From assembly GCA_963664115.2 (NCBI GenBank), contig CAXWPJ010000002.1, forward strand, positions 96,001 through 160,000: a stretch of DNA of 64,000 bases, in the 5' to 3' direction. The stretch comes from Terriglobia bacterium. Lineage in GTDB: Bacteria; Acidobacteriota; Terriglobia; 20CM-2-55-15. How positions within the stretch are numbered: the stretch's first letter is position 1; each line of letters opens with the position of its first letter. The position numbers and the translations under genes are program-made. Below are positions 50,545 to 61,679 of this stretch, in pieces. A model generated the notes under the pieces. The model saw only the letters and a program-made list of their open reading frames with translations, was not told the DNA's origin and searched no databases.

Positions 50545-51336
50545 TCAAGCCCCGCCCAGATTGAGGGGATCACAGGGACCCGGGCCACGACCCAGACCGA
50601 GCCTGTTTCGAATGGCATCCGCGGTAAATACTTTCCCATCTTTGACGGCATCCGATAGAGCCTGCCCGCGCGCAAGATAAGCTGCAATTGCTGCGGATAG
50701 GACACATCCTGTCCCGTGCGACTCCGCGTGGTCGATGTGCTCGCCTGAGAGCCGCGCCATGGTCTGGCCATCGAAAAACACGTCCAGAGCCGTCACACCC
50801 TCCAGATGCCCGCCCGTAACCAGAACGCTCGCCCCGCTCAATTCGTAAATCCCTCGCGCCGCAGTTTCCATCTCGGACGGCGTCCGGACCCTCTGGCCCG
50901 ATAAAGCTTCAGCCTCGTTCAGATTGGGTGTCACAAGGGTGCACAGCGGAAGCAATTGTGTACACAAGACTCCTAGTGCATCGGAATCAAGCAAGGTCGC
51001 CCCTGAACTGGAGGTGATGACGGGATCCAGGATCACCAGACGGCAGTCGTATTGAGCTAAGGTCTGTTGAACGATTTCCACGTTGTCTCGAGAGGACAAC
51101 ATGCCGATCTTGACGGTGGTGGGCGGAATGTCGCCGAGCACGGCGTCGAGTTGCCCGGCCAATGCCCCGTCGGGCAGGGGGAACACTTCACGTACGCCCT
51201 CAGTGTTCTGAGCTGTAAGCGCTGTAACCACTGCCATTCCGTAGACACGCAAAGCGGAAAAGACTTTCAGATCCGCCTGAATCCCGGCACCTCCACTCGG
51301 GTCGGATCCCGCGATCGTCAAGACCGTCGGTATCAC
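50545..51336 (-). CDS. thiD: Hydroxymethylpyrimidine/phosphomethylpyrimidine kinase
   Basis: IAGSDPSGGAGIQADLK, TPNLNEA and HGTGC motifs. Confidence 0.95.
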   Translation of the reverse strand: MIPTVLTIAGSDPSGGAGIQADLKVFSALRVYGMAVVTALTAQNTEGVREVFPLPDGALAGQLDAVLGDIPPTTVKIGMLSSRDNVEIVQQTLAQYDCRLVILDPVITSSSGATLLDSDALGVLCTQLLPLCTLVTPNLNEAEALSGQRVRTPSEMETAARGIYELSGASVLVTGGHLEGVTALDVFFDGQTMARLSGEHIDHAESHGTGCVLSAAIAAYLARGQALSDAVKDGKVFTADAIRNRLGLGRGPGPCDPLNLGGA

Positions 51337-51486
51337 GACAACTCCCCGAAGCCGCTTCGACCGTACTGAAAGATACCGGGCCCCATCACGGCATTATATC
51401 GTTGGATAGATAGGAGGGCAGACAGGCGTCGGGCTGAACCGGCTGGTTTCGGGGCTACTTGAGCCGAGGACTGATACAATATCCGG

Positions 51487-52104
51487 GTGTTACCGAGAAC
51501 ATTCATGACGTTCATATGTTTGCTGTTTATCACGGCTTTCGGGTTCTCTCAGGTTCCTGCCGGCCCCCCTTTTGATAGCGCCACGCATCCCAATCCGATC
51601 GTAACCTTCGCAGAGAACGCTGACTTCATGCCCACAACATACGAGGTGGCAGTCGAGGATGCCGGCATTGAGATTCTCGGGCTCTCCTCTAATGAAGGCA
51701 CTCGGGAGAGTATTGAAATTGCGGCGGGTAGAGTCGACGAAGTAAAGATTCTCGGCCGAGACAGGGAGACCCTTTTCTACCCCGTTGTGCGCCAGCATTT
51801 CCAGTTGCATGACGGCGGTGTCCTCACCCTCTATTCGTTCAGAAACCCGAAACCGGACATTCCGGATCGTTTTCTGGTCTCGACGCTCAACCAACATGCC
51901 TTCGCGAGGGAAGACGATCCCGAAAAAAACCGCTTTGGAGCCAGTGCCCGGCCCGCTCAACTCGCTGTCCTCGGAGCACCGGCACTCTTATTCGACAACG
52001 AGGGTAAACTGACTTTATTCTGGCAGGATTCGAACGTCTCACACGTGGTCGATTCCACGATCGAACGCGGGGCTCTCCTGCGCCTTGTCGAAGACCTTCT
52101 CTAA
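51487..52104 (+). CDS. Exported hypothetical protein
   Basis: Signal peptide; directly upstream of lptFG. Confidence 0.65.
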   Translation: MLPRTFMTFICLLFITAFGFSQVPAGPPFDSATHPNPIVTFAENADFMPTTYEVAVEDAGIEILGLSSNEGTRESIEIAAGRVDEVKILGRDRETLFYPVVRQHFQLHDGGVLTLYSFRNPKPDIPDRFLVSTLNQHAFAREDDPEKNRFGASARPAQLAVLGAPALLFDNEGKLTLFWQDSNVSHVVDSTIERGALLRLVEDLL

Positions 52105-52143
52105 ACGGAAATCACACTGAAACTCTATTAACTGAGTGAACAT

Positions 52144-54441
52144 GTGAATCGCCTCGACAGGTACATCTTTCGCGAAATCCTCACTCCGGCGCTGATCGCG
52201 TTGATCGCACTGACGTTCGTCTTGGTGGGCCGCGAACTGAGCGCTTTACTTGAGCTCGTCGTTCGTCGTTCGGCGACCGGACACGAACTCTTTTCGATAA
52301 TTGCGGCAATCGTTCCGGGAGCGTTGATCTTTACGATCCCCACGGCCGTTCTGGTGGGCGTGCTCACCGGTTTCGGGCGCTTGTCCTCCGACAGCGAAAG
52401 CGTCGCTTTCAGGGCCGCCGGCCTGTCGATGGCCACGATCCTCCGTCCCGTGCTGGCCCTCGGAGTTCTGGCGTGGGGCGTGAACATGGTCCTGTCGGTG
52501 TGGATCGCGCCGACGGCGGCTGCCAATCTCCGTCAACTCACGCGATCGATCGGAATTCGCCAGCTGGCTTTGGAGCTTCAACCCCGTGTATTCAACGAAG
52601 ACGTCGAGGATCTGGTGCTTTATGTTCAGGATATATCTCCAGATGGCAGTGAGTGGCGCGGGATTCTCCTGGCAAACCTTGAAGATCCGGATGAGCCTAA
52701 GGTCATCTTTGCTCGATCGGGCCAGCTCGTCAGTGACCCTGACAACGAACAGTACCAAGTCACTCTGTCAGCCGGTAGCAGGCACGTGGTTTCGCCTCTG
52801 GCTCCAGACCGCTATTCCTCGACTCAGTTCGACACATTGACGCTGCCCGTCCCGATTTCTACCGAACCCACGGATACAACTGAATCGACCCCTGTTGAAC
52901 TATCGACGCGGGACCTCTGGACGGCCGTCCGGGCAGACGAGGCCACGTACGGGGAACAGGTCGAGTTCCACCGCCGGCTGGCGTTGCCGTTTGCCAGTCT
53001 GGCCTTCGCCCTGATCGGATTCCCTCTCGGCTTGTCGACGAAGAGAGGGGGCCGCTCACTGGGACTCGTCGTGAGCGCCGCACTGATGTTGATCTATTAC
53101 ATGGTTTTCATCGGAGGGACACAGATCGCAGGTAACGCTCAAATGTCGCCCTTCCTGGGAACCTGGGGGGCCAACCTCGGATTCACCCTGTTGGGGGTGG
53201 GCTTGCTCCTGCGGTCGGAACGCGAACGTAGCAATCGCGCAATGGAGCTCCTGCTTGATACCGGTGCGTGGATTCGGAAACGATTTGCGTCCGTTCGCGG
53301 AGGGCCCAATAGATTCAGCCAATGGGCGTATTCCCTGACGCACCACCCCACCTGGTTCCGCACGCTGGACCTGTATGTTCTAAAGAGCTTCTCGTTTTTC
53401 TTTCTACTCGTGCTCGTAGTCTTCGTGTCGATGTTCGTCATCGTGACACTTTTCGAACTATTGCCCGATATCGTTCAGAACAACGCCAGCTTTGGCGTCG
53501 TCGCCAGCTACTTTTTCTATCTTTTGCCACAGATTCTGTACTGGGTGATTCCTCTCGCAGTGCTGGTTGCCGTCCTGGTCAACCTGGGAACCCTGACGAA
53601 AGCCAATGAAACCCTGGCCGTCAAAGCGGGTGCGATCAGCCTGTACCGCCTGTCAGCGCCCCTCCTGCTGACAGGCCTCGTGCTGTCAACAGGCATCTAT
53701 GTCATGCAGGACTTTCTACTGCCTTACACCAATCAACGTCAGGATGAGTTTCGGAACCAAATCAAGGGCAGACCCCCCCAGACATATCGCGATCCCTTAC
53801 GCAAGTGGATGGCGGGATCGGACAACCGTATTTATTACTACAACTATTTTGACCCGGTGCAGAACTCCTTCCCCGGCATTTCGGTGTTCGAATTCGATCC
53901 CGACTCGTTTTCACTTCTGCGCTGGACATTCGCCGAACAGGCGCGCTGGAACGGTCAATCCTGGGCGTTCTTGAAAGGCTGGACGGCTTCGATCGACGGT
54001 AGCGGCCAGATGGATGCCTATGATTCTTTCGAGCAGTTTGCCTACTCACAGATGAGTGACGATCCCGACTACTTCAAAAAAGAAGTGCTTACTGCGTCTC
54101 AGATGAACTATCCGGAATTGAACCGCTACATCGACGACTTGAGCCGGAGTGGTTTTGACGTCAGCGGCCTGACGGTTGATCTGTATCGGAAGCTGTCGTT
54201 CCCCCTGGTATCGGTCATCATGGTCATCATCGCCATACCGTTTTCGTTTACCACGGGGCGCCGCGGAAGCTTTTACGGTATCGGATTATCCATTGTGATC
54301 GGAATCAGCTACTGGGCCGCCTTCGAACTCTTCGACAAGCTGGGGGGAATAAACCAACTCTCCCCTTTGATTGCCGCGTGGTTTCCAAACCTCATATTCG
54401 GCTTCAGCGGCTTTTGGCTGCTATTAAAGGTCCGGACATAG
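52144..54441 (+). CDS. lptFG: Fused LptF/LptG LPS export permease
   Basis: Two tandem YjgP/YjgQ units (LDRYI..GRLSSDSE; LDLYV..NETLAVKAGAIS). Confidence 0.9.
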   Translation: MNRLDRYIFREILTPALIALIALTFVLVGRELSALLELVVRRSATGHELFSIIAAIVPGALIFTIPTAVLVGVLTGFGRLSSDSESVAFRAAGLSMATILRPVLALGVLAWGVNMVLSVWIAPTAAANLRQLTRSIGIRQLALELQPRVFNEDVEDLVLYVQDISPDGSEWRGILLANLEDPDEPKVIFARSGQLVSDPDNEQYQVTLSAGSRHVVSPLAPDRYSSTQFDTLTLPVPISTEPTDTTESTPVELSTRDLWTAVRADEATYGEQVEFHRRLALPFASLAFALIGFPLGLSTKRGGRSLGLVVSAALMLIYYMVFIGGTQIAGNAQMSPFLGTWGANLGFTLLGVGLLLRSERERSNRAMELLLDTGAWIRKRFASVRGGPNRFSQWAYSLTHHPTWFRTLDLYVLKSFSFFFLLVLVVFVSMFVIVTLFELLPDIVQNNASFGVVASYFFYLLPQILYWVIPLAVLVAVLVNLGTLTKANETLAVKAGAISLYRLSAPLLLTGLVLSTGIYVMQDFLLPYTNQRQDEFRNQIKGRPPQTYRDPLRKWMAGSDNRIYYYNYFDPVQNSFPGISVFEFDPDSFSLLRWTFAEQARWNGQSWAFLKGWTASIDGSGQMDAYDSFEQFAYSQMSDDPDYFKKEVLTASQMNYPELNRYIDDLSRSGFDVSGLTVDLYRKLSFPLVSVIMVIIAIPFSFTTGRRGSFYGIGLSIVIGISYWAAFELFDKLGGINQLSPLIAAWFPNLIFGFSGFWLLLKVRT

Positions 54442-54454
54442 CAGTCCGTATCCG

Positions 54455-55351
54455 TCATGCACGCGGGTGGTGATCCTGATAAATCTGTTTTAGTCTTTCC
54501 CGAATAACGTGGGTATAAATCTGAGTGGTCGAGATGTCTGCGTGTCCCAGCATCATCTGGACGGAGCGCAGGTCAGCGCCCCGTTCCAGCAAATGTGTTG
54601 CGAAAGAATGCCGCAGCATGTGCGGCGTGACCTTCTTTTCGATCTTGGCGCGTTTCCCGTGCCCCCGCAATATCAGCCAGAAGCCTCCCCGCGTGAGGGC
54701 TTGGCCTCTATAGTTAAGAAAAAGACTCGGGCTCGTCTTCTTGGGACGTCCGCGATCGATGTAATCACGAACGGCCTCTGCGGCGGTCTCCCCTAAGGGA
54801 ACTATTCTTTCCTTGCTCCCTTTTCCCATCGAGCGGACAAAACCGTTTTCCAAATCGACGGAATCCATGGTCAGGGCAACAAGTTCGGAAACTCGAAGTC
54901 CCGTGGCGTAGAGCACTTCGAGCATCGCTCGATCTCTAAGCCCCCTAGGTCCGGAAACGTCAGGCGCTCCCAGGAGACGGTCGACTTCGTCAAAAGTCAG
55001 AAAGTGAGGGAGGGGTTTCCAGGCTTTGGGTACATCGACTGCCGAGGTCGGATTTTCTTCGGTAGCGCCATCGAGGATCAGGAATCGATACAGTCCGCGA
55101 ACCGCGCTCAGAGCGCGGGCGGCCGAACGGGCTTTTAATCCATGATCGTACAGAAAGCTTAGAAACGCGGAAACACCCGTTGCCCCCACACCGAGCACAT
55201 CGCGCTTATCCAAGTACTCTAAGTACAGCGTAAGATCGCGGCTGTAGGCACCGACCGTGTTCGCGGACAGCCCTTTCTCAATTCGAATGTACTGGATGAA
55301 ACGGTCGACCCACTGATCGTTCGTCACCGAATGATTCGCGGCGGATGTCAT
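54455..55351 (-). CDS. xerD: Tyrosine recombinase XerD
   Basis: RDRAMLEVLYATGLRVSEL, PHMLRHSFATHLL, LGHADISTTQIYTHV and HHPRA motifs. Confidence 0.93.
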   Translation of the reverse strand: MTSAANHSVTNDQWVDRFIQYIRIEKGLSANTVGAYSRDLTLYLEYLDKRDVLGVGATGVSAFLSFLYDHGLKARSAARALSAVRGLYRFLILDGATEENPTSAVDVPKAWKPLPHFLTFDEVDRLLGAPDVSGPRGLRDRAMLEVLYATGLRVSELVALTMDSVDLENGFVRSMGKGSKERIVPLGETAAEAVRDYIDRGRPKKTSPSLFLNYRGQALTRGGFWLILRGHGKRAKIEKKVTPHMLRHSFATHLLERGADLRSVQMMLGHADISTTQIYTHVIRERLKQIYQDHHPRA

Positions 55352-55894
55352 TTCATAACTACCTAAATCTAATATATTTATATGTTAAACAGATCAGACC
55401 CGCTTCCGTATCCGTGCCGTCGCGGTTAACACGAGGGTAACATTCGGGTAAAACGCTTGAAAAGGGTCATCCGGGAATGACGGGGTCGCGTTTAGACGAG
55501 ATAGACGAGCATTCACTACAAAGCTCACTGACAGTACTTCCCTAAAAAGGACGGGCTTGTCGGCACGCTCACAGGGGCATCTGGATACGATCCCAAGCAA
55601 GCTTGACGATCAACTCCGTGAGACGCTGGAGTTCACAACTCCAGCAGAAACATTAAACGCAGGTGTTCAATCGAGGGAGGTCCTGCCGACTGCAAGAACT
55701 CGAGGCTGAATTTCTTCTGGACTAACAGCCACCCGCAGGGCAGAGTGTCGGTGTGACATTGACTGCGATTACCTTCTTAGGTCTCGCCGCCTGTTTCATG
55801 AGTCCGCAAATGTGTCTCCCGTGGGTTTAGTCCCCAGCCATACGAGTCTAGACAACGTAAGATTTACCCATCCTCCCAGCGTTTTGCATTACAG

Positions 55895-56347
55895 GTGTTC
55901 TCAATGTCGCGATTAGTCCTCCTACTGTTCCTCCTCGCCGTTTTTGGTGTGTTGATCACGGACTTGGTGCTCGTCATCCGAAGCGCAGTCGGAAAGATTC
56001 CGATTCCCGATGACAACAAGGCCCTAGGTTGGTGGGGGGACGTACAGATTCTGATCGCATCCAGCGTAAATGCAATAAACGCTGTCAGCCAACCGACGGC
56101 TTCGTTTACTGATATTCGATACTGGACTCAACTGGCTGTTGCCACCTCCGTATTCTTTGGGTGGCCCGCCTTGGTCGCATACCTCATGTACGGTAGAAAG
56201 AAACACAGGAATTACCGCAAATTCGCCAGACTGTTCTTATGGCTGAGCGTTTTCCACCCAATCATTATTTTTCGTTCAGCAGCCGCGATAAGCTCAGCCA
56301 CTCTCTTGCCAGCGATGAAGCGCCGATGTAAAAAAGTTTGGGAATAA
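55895..56347 (+). CDS. Hypothetical membrane protein
   Basis: About three hydrophobic segments. Confidence 0.5.
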   Translation: MFSMSRLVLLLFLLAVFGVLITDLVLVIRSAVGKIPIPDDNKALGWWGDVQILIASSVNAINAVSQPTASFTDIRYWTQLAVATSVFFGWPALVAYLMYGRKKHRNYRKFARLFLWLSVFHPIIIFRSAAAISSATLLPAMKRRCKKVWE

Positions 56348-56578
56348 AAGCGTTTAGTGAGTCGAGAGAATCTCCTTCTAGCGAGGCACTTCTGTTCGAT
56401 TGTTCTGGCGACGTATCCCCACCCGACGCTCTAACTATCTATTCACCCGATATTTCGGAAGTTGAGATTTCATTGCCTGCTGTCCCACTCTTTTATAGAC
56501 TGCCCCCAGCCTTCTAAGCATCGACCCTTATCAGTGACTCAAGTAACCGGCAAATCCAGCCTGCAAGTGAGATTCAGT

Positions 56579-57136
56579 ATGATCAGGACTGTCTGTATCT
56601 TGGCGTTAATCTTTGCCTTGTTGCCTGCGATAGCAAATGCCCAGACACAGGACAATGCCGCGTCCCGGCCGCTTGGCGAACTATTCGTCGGATATTCTTA
56701 CTCTGCACAGGGAAGGCCGACGATGCACGGTTGGCACAGCTCCCTGCTGTCTCAATTGACTGATAGGGTGGGGATATTGGTGGATTTGTCCGGACATTAC
56801 TGGTCGCCGGATGTCCCCGTATTCGGGCTACCACTTGATGTGAACGCAGGGTTGCACGCGTACCGGTTTGGTCCTCAGATAAAGATGGTCACCGGTCGGA
56901 CTGTGACTACGTTCGTCCATGTCCTCGTGGGCGGCAATTACTTACACGTGTTTGGTGGGGGCGATATTGCGGGATTGCACGGATTTGCCGCAGCTGTCGG
57001 GGGCGGTGCCGATTGGCACCTGAACGATACGATCTCCCTGCGTATTCCACAATACGATTACAGCCTAATGTGGATATCGGGTGGAAACTCGTCCGGATTC
57101 CGGATATCGACAGGACTGGTCTTCAAGCTCAGATAA
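56579..57136 (+). CDS. Outer-membrane beta-barrel protein
   Basis: Signal peptide; ELFVGYSY, GGGADW and FRISTGLVF motifs. Confidence 0.8.
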   Translation: MIRTVCILALIFALLPAIANAQTQDNAASRPLGELFVGYSYSAQGRPTMHGWHSSLLSQLTDRVGILVDLSGHYWSPDVPVFGLPLDVNAGLHAYRFGPQIKMVTGRTVTTFVHVLVGGNYLHVFGGGDIAGLHGFAAAVGGGADWHLNDTISLRIPQYDYSLMWISGGNSSGFRISTGLVFKLR

Positions 57137-57244
57137 AAAAACGGCCTTTTGTCCGAATCATTCTGACGACGTACAAGCGGGAACGTCGCGTTTTCATCCC
57201 GTTAGTCTGCGTTCGGGAGACTTAAGCTGACAATGCCCACTAGT

Positions 57245-59091
57245 CCCTGAACAAGCGTGATTGACGAGGAAATGATAGTGCAATAAGAGCGGAAGTACCC
57301 GAAATGCCCCCTCTCCGTGCGAAAAAAACCTTGAACAGATTCTTCGGAAAAGGAGGCATTTCAGATGAACGATTATACGCGCAAGAACATGAGGAACCGC
57401 AAGCGGCGAATCGAACGTCGGCTTGGGGACCGGCATTGGACGGATCAGGTAGAGCCGATGTTTTCGGCGAGCAACATTCAGTACGAGATGGGAGAGCGGA
57501 CGCGGGGCACATCGGTTGGTGGTATCGGGACGATGCAACTGGTGGCGCGGCGGACCGGGCTGATCGAAGCCATCGACAAGGGCGTGCATGTGTTGAAGCG
57601 GCACCTGCCGTATCACGAGTCGGATCACGTGCTGAACATCGCCTACAACGCCTTGAGCGGAGGAACGTGCCTGGAAGACATCGAACTGCGGCGCAACGAT
57701 GCGGTGTATCTGGATGCGCTGGGAGCGCAACGGATTCCGGATCCGACGACGGCGGGAGACTTCTGCCGGAGATTCGAGGCCGACGACGTGGAGTGTCTGA
57801 TGGAGGCAACCAATCAAGTCCGGCTCGGAGTCTGGCGACAGCAACCGGCGGCGTTTTTCGAAGAAGCGGTGTTGGACGCGGACGGGACACTGGCCGAAAC
57901 CACGGGGGAATGCAAGCAAGGGATGGACGTGGCCTACGACGGGACGTGGGGATATCACCCGCTGATGATCTCGCTGGCCAACACCGCCGAACCGCTGTAT
58001 CTGGTCAATCGTAGCGGCAACCGGCCGTCGCATGAAGGAGCCGCGGTCCGGTTCGACCAAGCCATCGCATTGTGCCGGCATGCGGGGTTTCGCCAGATCC
58101 TGCTGCGCGGGGACACGGACTTCAGCCAGACCCGGCATCTGGACGGATGGGACGACCAGCAGGTGGGTTTCATATTCGGGATTGACGCGATGGCGAACCT
58201 GAAGGCCCGGGCCGATGAACTGGAGCCGCGCCAGTGGAAGCGCCTGGAACGGCCCGCGAAATACGACGTGGCGACCGAACCGCGCCAACGTCCCGACAAC
58301 GTGAAGGAAGAGATCGTTCGGCAGCGCGGTTTCGACAATATCCGCTTGCAGGGTGAGGATGTGGCCGAGTTTCGGTATCGACCCGGAGCCTGCGATCGGG
58401 ACTACCGTGTCGTCGTGGTGCGGAAGAATCTGTCGGTGGCCAAAGGAGAGCAGGTGTTGTTTGACGACATCCGGTACTTCTTCTACATTACCAACCGTTC
58501 GGATCCGGCCGACCAGATTGTGATGCGTGCCAATCAACGGTGCAATCAGGAGAATCTCATTGAGCAGTTGAAGAACGGCGTTCAGGCGTTGCGGATGCCG
58601 GTCGGAGATCAGACCAGCAACTGGGCCTACATGGTGATCGCGTCACTGGCCTGGACACTGAAAGCGTGGTTTGCATTGCTGCTTCCCGAAACCGGACGTT
58701 GGGGCCAAAAATATCAGGCTGAGAAGCAAACCGTGCTGCGCATGGAGTTCAAAACCTTCTTGAACGCTTTCATGCTTGTGCCGTGCCAACTCGTGCGCAC
58801 CGGGCGGCGCATTCTGTTCCGGATCCTGGCCTGGAACCGGTGGTTGCCGGTCTTGTTCCGCGGGGTGGATGTGTTGCGTCAGCCTCTGCGATGTTGACCC
58901 GATCATGACTCTGAGCCCGGGCGATCGAGGTCCCGGTTTCTGTCAACCGTCCAACACCAGCGAGGCTGAACTGAAACAGATTCAACAGAAACTCGATACC
59001 TGGAACAGGCCATCCGGGAACGGGATTCTATGCCTCGAATTCTATCGGCGCGAACTGGGCCTCGGCGGACTGGTTATGCGCTTGTTTTGGG
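57245..59091 (+). mobile_element. IS1380-family element, copy 3
   Basis: ACTAGT on both sides (57239-57244 and 59092-59097). Confidence 0.95.
57365..58897 (+). CDS. IS1380 transposase
   Basis: Protein identical to the other copies. Confidence 0.93.
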   Translation: MNDYTRKNMRNRKRRIERRLGDRHWTDQVEPMFSASNIQYEMGERTRGTSVGGIGTMQLVARRTGLIEAIDKGVHVLKRHLPYHESDHVLNIAYNALSGGTCLEDIELRRNDAVYLDALGAQRIPDPTTAGDFCRRFEADDVECLMEATNQVRLGVWRQQPAAFFEEAVLDADGTLAETTGECKQGMDVAYDGTWGYHPLMISLANTAEPLYLVNRSGNRPSHEGAAVRFDQAIALCRHAGFRQILLRGDTDFSQTRHLDGWDDQQVGFIFGIDAMANLKARADELEPRQWKRLERPAKYDVATEPRQRPDNVKEEIVRQRGFDNIRLQGEDVAEFRYRPGACDRDYRVVVVRKNLSVAKGEQVLFDDIRYFFYITNRSDPADQIVMRANQRCNQENLIEQLKNGVQALRMPVGDQTSNWAYMVIASLAWTLKAWFALLLPETGRWGQKYQAEKQTVLRMEFKTFLNAFMLVPCQLVRTGRRILFRILAWNRWLPVLFRGVDVLRQPLRC

Positions 59092-59226
59092 ACTAGTGGC
59101 CTTGGCCTCCATCTCAAGCACTACAAACGAACGTGAATCCGGCCGCTGTATTGTGTATGCTGCAGTGAGATGTTCCGAAATGAGGATGCAGCGAGGAATT
59201 CCCTCGCACGACAAGAGGAGATTCAC

Positions 59227-59727
59227 ATGAAGTGGATGCGCACACTAGCTATTTTCGTCGCCGGGTCCGCAGTCGGCGCCGTTGCGATGCAGACGGTTGC
59301 CGCTCAGGAAAGCAGCAACACAGGCCTCCGCCTGAACCACGTCGGAATCGCCGTGGAAGACGTGGGTGAGGCCATAGAGTTTTACACCAAGGTGATGGGT
59401 TTTCGGGTGGCGTTCGAGTTTCCGAGCCCGGATGGCCGACCGACGACCACGTATCTCCAGATCAATCGTGACACGTTCCTGGAAGTGGCGCCGGCCAATG
59501 CAGATAGAGCCGCAGGCACCATCACCCACATCGGCATTCAATCCGAAAACGCGGACGCCACGGTCGCCCGGCTTCGCCAAGGCAGGGCAACAGTGACCGA
59601 CCCTCGCGTCAGTTCGAACAGTAGGGCCAAACTCGCCAACGTCACCGATCCTAACGGGATCCGATTGGAGTTGAATGAACTGGTTCCCGGCTCGCTCACG
59701 AGGCAAGCGGTAGAATCCTGGAGGTAG
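59227..59727 (+). CDS. Exported VOC/glyoxalase family protein
   Basis: GAGGAG RBS; signal peptide; LNHVGIAV, FYTKVMG and DPNGIRLEL motifs. Confidence 0.85.
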   Translation: MKWMRTLAIFVAGSAVGAVAMQTVAAQESSNTGLRLNHVGIAVEDVGEAIEFYTKVMGFRVAFEFPSPDGRPTTTYLQINRDTFLEVAPANADRAAGTITHIGIQSENADATVARLRQGRATVTDPRVSSNSRAKLANVTDPNGIRLELNELVPGSLTRQAVESWR

Positions 59728-59808
59728 TTGCCTGGTCATGCTATGTTGGCCCAATGGCATACATCGTTTGGTAATACCGCGAACATGCTTTTAGATTGGA
59801 GGTGCCCT

Positions 59809-60180
59809 GTGAGATATCGGCTCATGACGGTTGCCGCGGTGGCGGCCGGCCTTCTGATAGTTTCAGTCCCGCTGGTAGCGCACCACAGTAACGTCAACTT
59901 CGATACCGGAAAGGAAATTACGATGCAGGGGACCGTCACGGAATGGGTTTGGGCCAATCCCCACTGCTTCTTAATATTCGATGTGCGGGACGACAATGGC
60001 AGCGTCGTTCACTGGATTGCTGAAAGTAGTAATCCTCCCGGCATGGCCCGGAAGGGCTGGAGCAACCAGTCACTGAAGCCCGGCGATGAAGTTACTGTGA
60101 CAGTGGAGCCCGTCAAGAACGGCAGCCCACTCGGGCGTATGCTGCAAGTCGTACTCCCGAATGGTCAGACATTAGATTAG
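59809..60180 (+). CDS. DUF6152-family exported protein
   Basis: GGAGG RBS before GTG; AHHS..FD, WANPH and LKPGDEV motifs. Confidence 0.78.
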   Translation: MRYRLMTVAAVAAGLLIVSVPLVAHHSNVNFDTGKEITMQGTVTEWVWANPHCFLIFDVRDDNGSVVHWIAESSNPPGMARKGWSNQSLKPGDEVTVTVEPVKNGSPLGRMLQVVLPNGQTLD

Positions 60181-60343
60181 GCACCCAGGGGGCCGGAAAT
60201 GTGGCCGCCCCGCCTTCGAGATAGGATGGAACCGTCGGCGCTTGAAGCAAGTCTGCTTTGATTGCAGGTCGATCATACAGTTTACGAGTGCGGCTCTTGT
60301 TGAGTTGCGACGAAATATGGATTTCGGGTAAGGAGTTACACGT

Positions 60344-61195
60344 ATGCCGAATCGACGCATAGTCTGGATCATCATCCTTGCTGTAGTACCGGCCTTTTCC
60401 CTCCTCGCTTTGGCTCAGACGCCTCAACCCATCTGGAATTCAATGGCACCGCCTGCCGAGTCGGATACGGTGCGAAACCGAGCGCCCGCCCCACGGCGTG
60501 ACCTGTCTGGGATTTGGGACCCGGCCGTCAACGCCATCGGGGCAGATGGTGCGCAAAACATGCCATCAGACGGCAGACCTGAGCATACTCTGCCTTATAC
60601 GTCGTTGGGGGAGGAAGCGTTCGATGCCAACAAGCCGGCATGGGGCGTTACCGGCGTTCCGTCGGCGCTTTCCAATGATCCAGTGCCTCTTTGTGATCCA
60701 CAGGGATTTCCGCGCATCGTTCTTCATAATTTCAGAACAAGCCAGATCTTTCAGACGGCGAACCAGGTGATCATCCTGTACGAATTTAACAAGAAATGGC
60801 GTGTCATTTGGACTGACGGACGAGAACTGCCCGAGTTGGATGAACTGGAGCCAAGATGGTGGGGGTACTCGGTTGGCAGGTGGGAGGACGACACCACGTT
60901 TGTCGCTGAGACGGTCGGGCTCAATGAAAGTACCTGGCTTGATAATGCAGGGCGTCCACACAGCAGCGATCTGCGCGTAGTGGAACGATACCGCCGCCTG
61001 GACCACGATCGCTTGGAAATGACAATTACGATTGACGACCCGACATTCTACACCCAACCTTGGATAGCACTCGACAAGCTACCTCTGGCGTTACAGCCGT
61101 CCGATTTCGATATTAGGGAGATGGAGTGCTCACCGTCAGAAACGGAGAGATATAACAGGCTGTTTGGTGACCCTGCCGCTGGTGTGGAACGATAG
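60344..61195 (+). CDS. Secreted hypothetical protein (intact paralog of 1778-3972)
   Basis: DLSGIW, CDPQGFPR, IWTDGR, GYSVGRWEDDT and MTITIDDP motifs. Confidence 0.8.
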   Translation: MPNRRIVWIIILAVVPAFSLLALAQTPQPIWNSMAPPAESDTVRNRAPAPRRDLSGIWDPAVNAIGADGAQNMPSDGRPEHTLPYTSLGEEAFDANKPAWGVTGVPSALSNDPVPLCDPQGFPRIVLHNFRTSQIFQTANQVIILYEFNKKWRVIWTDGRELPELDELEPRWWGYSVGRWEDDTTFVAETVGLNESTWLDNAGRPHSSDLRVVERYRRLDHDRLEMTITIDDPTFYTQPWIALDKLPLALQPSDFDIREMECSPSETERYNRLFGDPAAGVER

Positions 61196-61679
61196 CAAGA
61201 GCCGCGAATGACACCGTATCAGGCGGCAAGCATCAACGCGCTGCTGCCACTAGCTGACTTTGGCATTCCCGCAAGGTTCTGGCCTGGCGACTCTCAAACA
61301 CGCAGGATACGGCGATGTGTGTCGAAGCTTTGGAAGAAGCCATCGAACGCTACGGCTGTCCGGAAATCTTCAACACCGATCAGGGCAGCCAGTTCACCAG
61401 CACCGCCTGGACCGATGTTCTAAAGCATCACAACGTTCGGATCTCGATGGACGGCAAAGGCCAGTGGATGGACAACGTGTTCATCGAGCGTCTCTGGCGC
61501 TCACTGAAATACGAATGCGTCTACCTGAACGCCTTCGAGGATTTCAAAGATGCGGATATTCATATAAGGGATTGGATGGAGTACTACAATGACCATCGGC
61601 CCCATTCCACCCTCGGCGATCTCACCCCGGGCGAGGTCTACGACGGAATCACAACGGTATCTTCGGCAGCATGATTAAC

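Noticed and set aside
54455-55351. Tyrosine recombinase as a prophage or island integrase
   Set aside because: Sequence is typical housekeeping XerD; no phage genes or att repeats nearby.
61208-61258. ASINALLP resembling the IS66 transposase C-terminus
   Set aside because: Too short to support, and no IS66 end was found.
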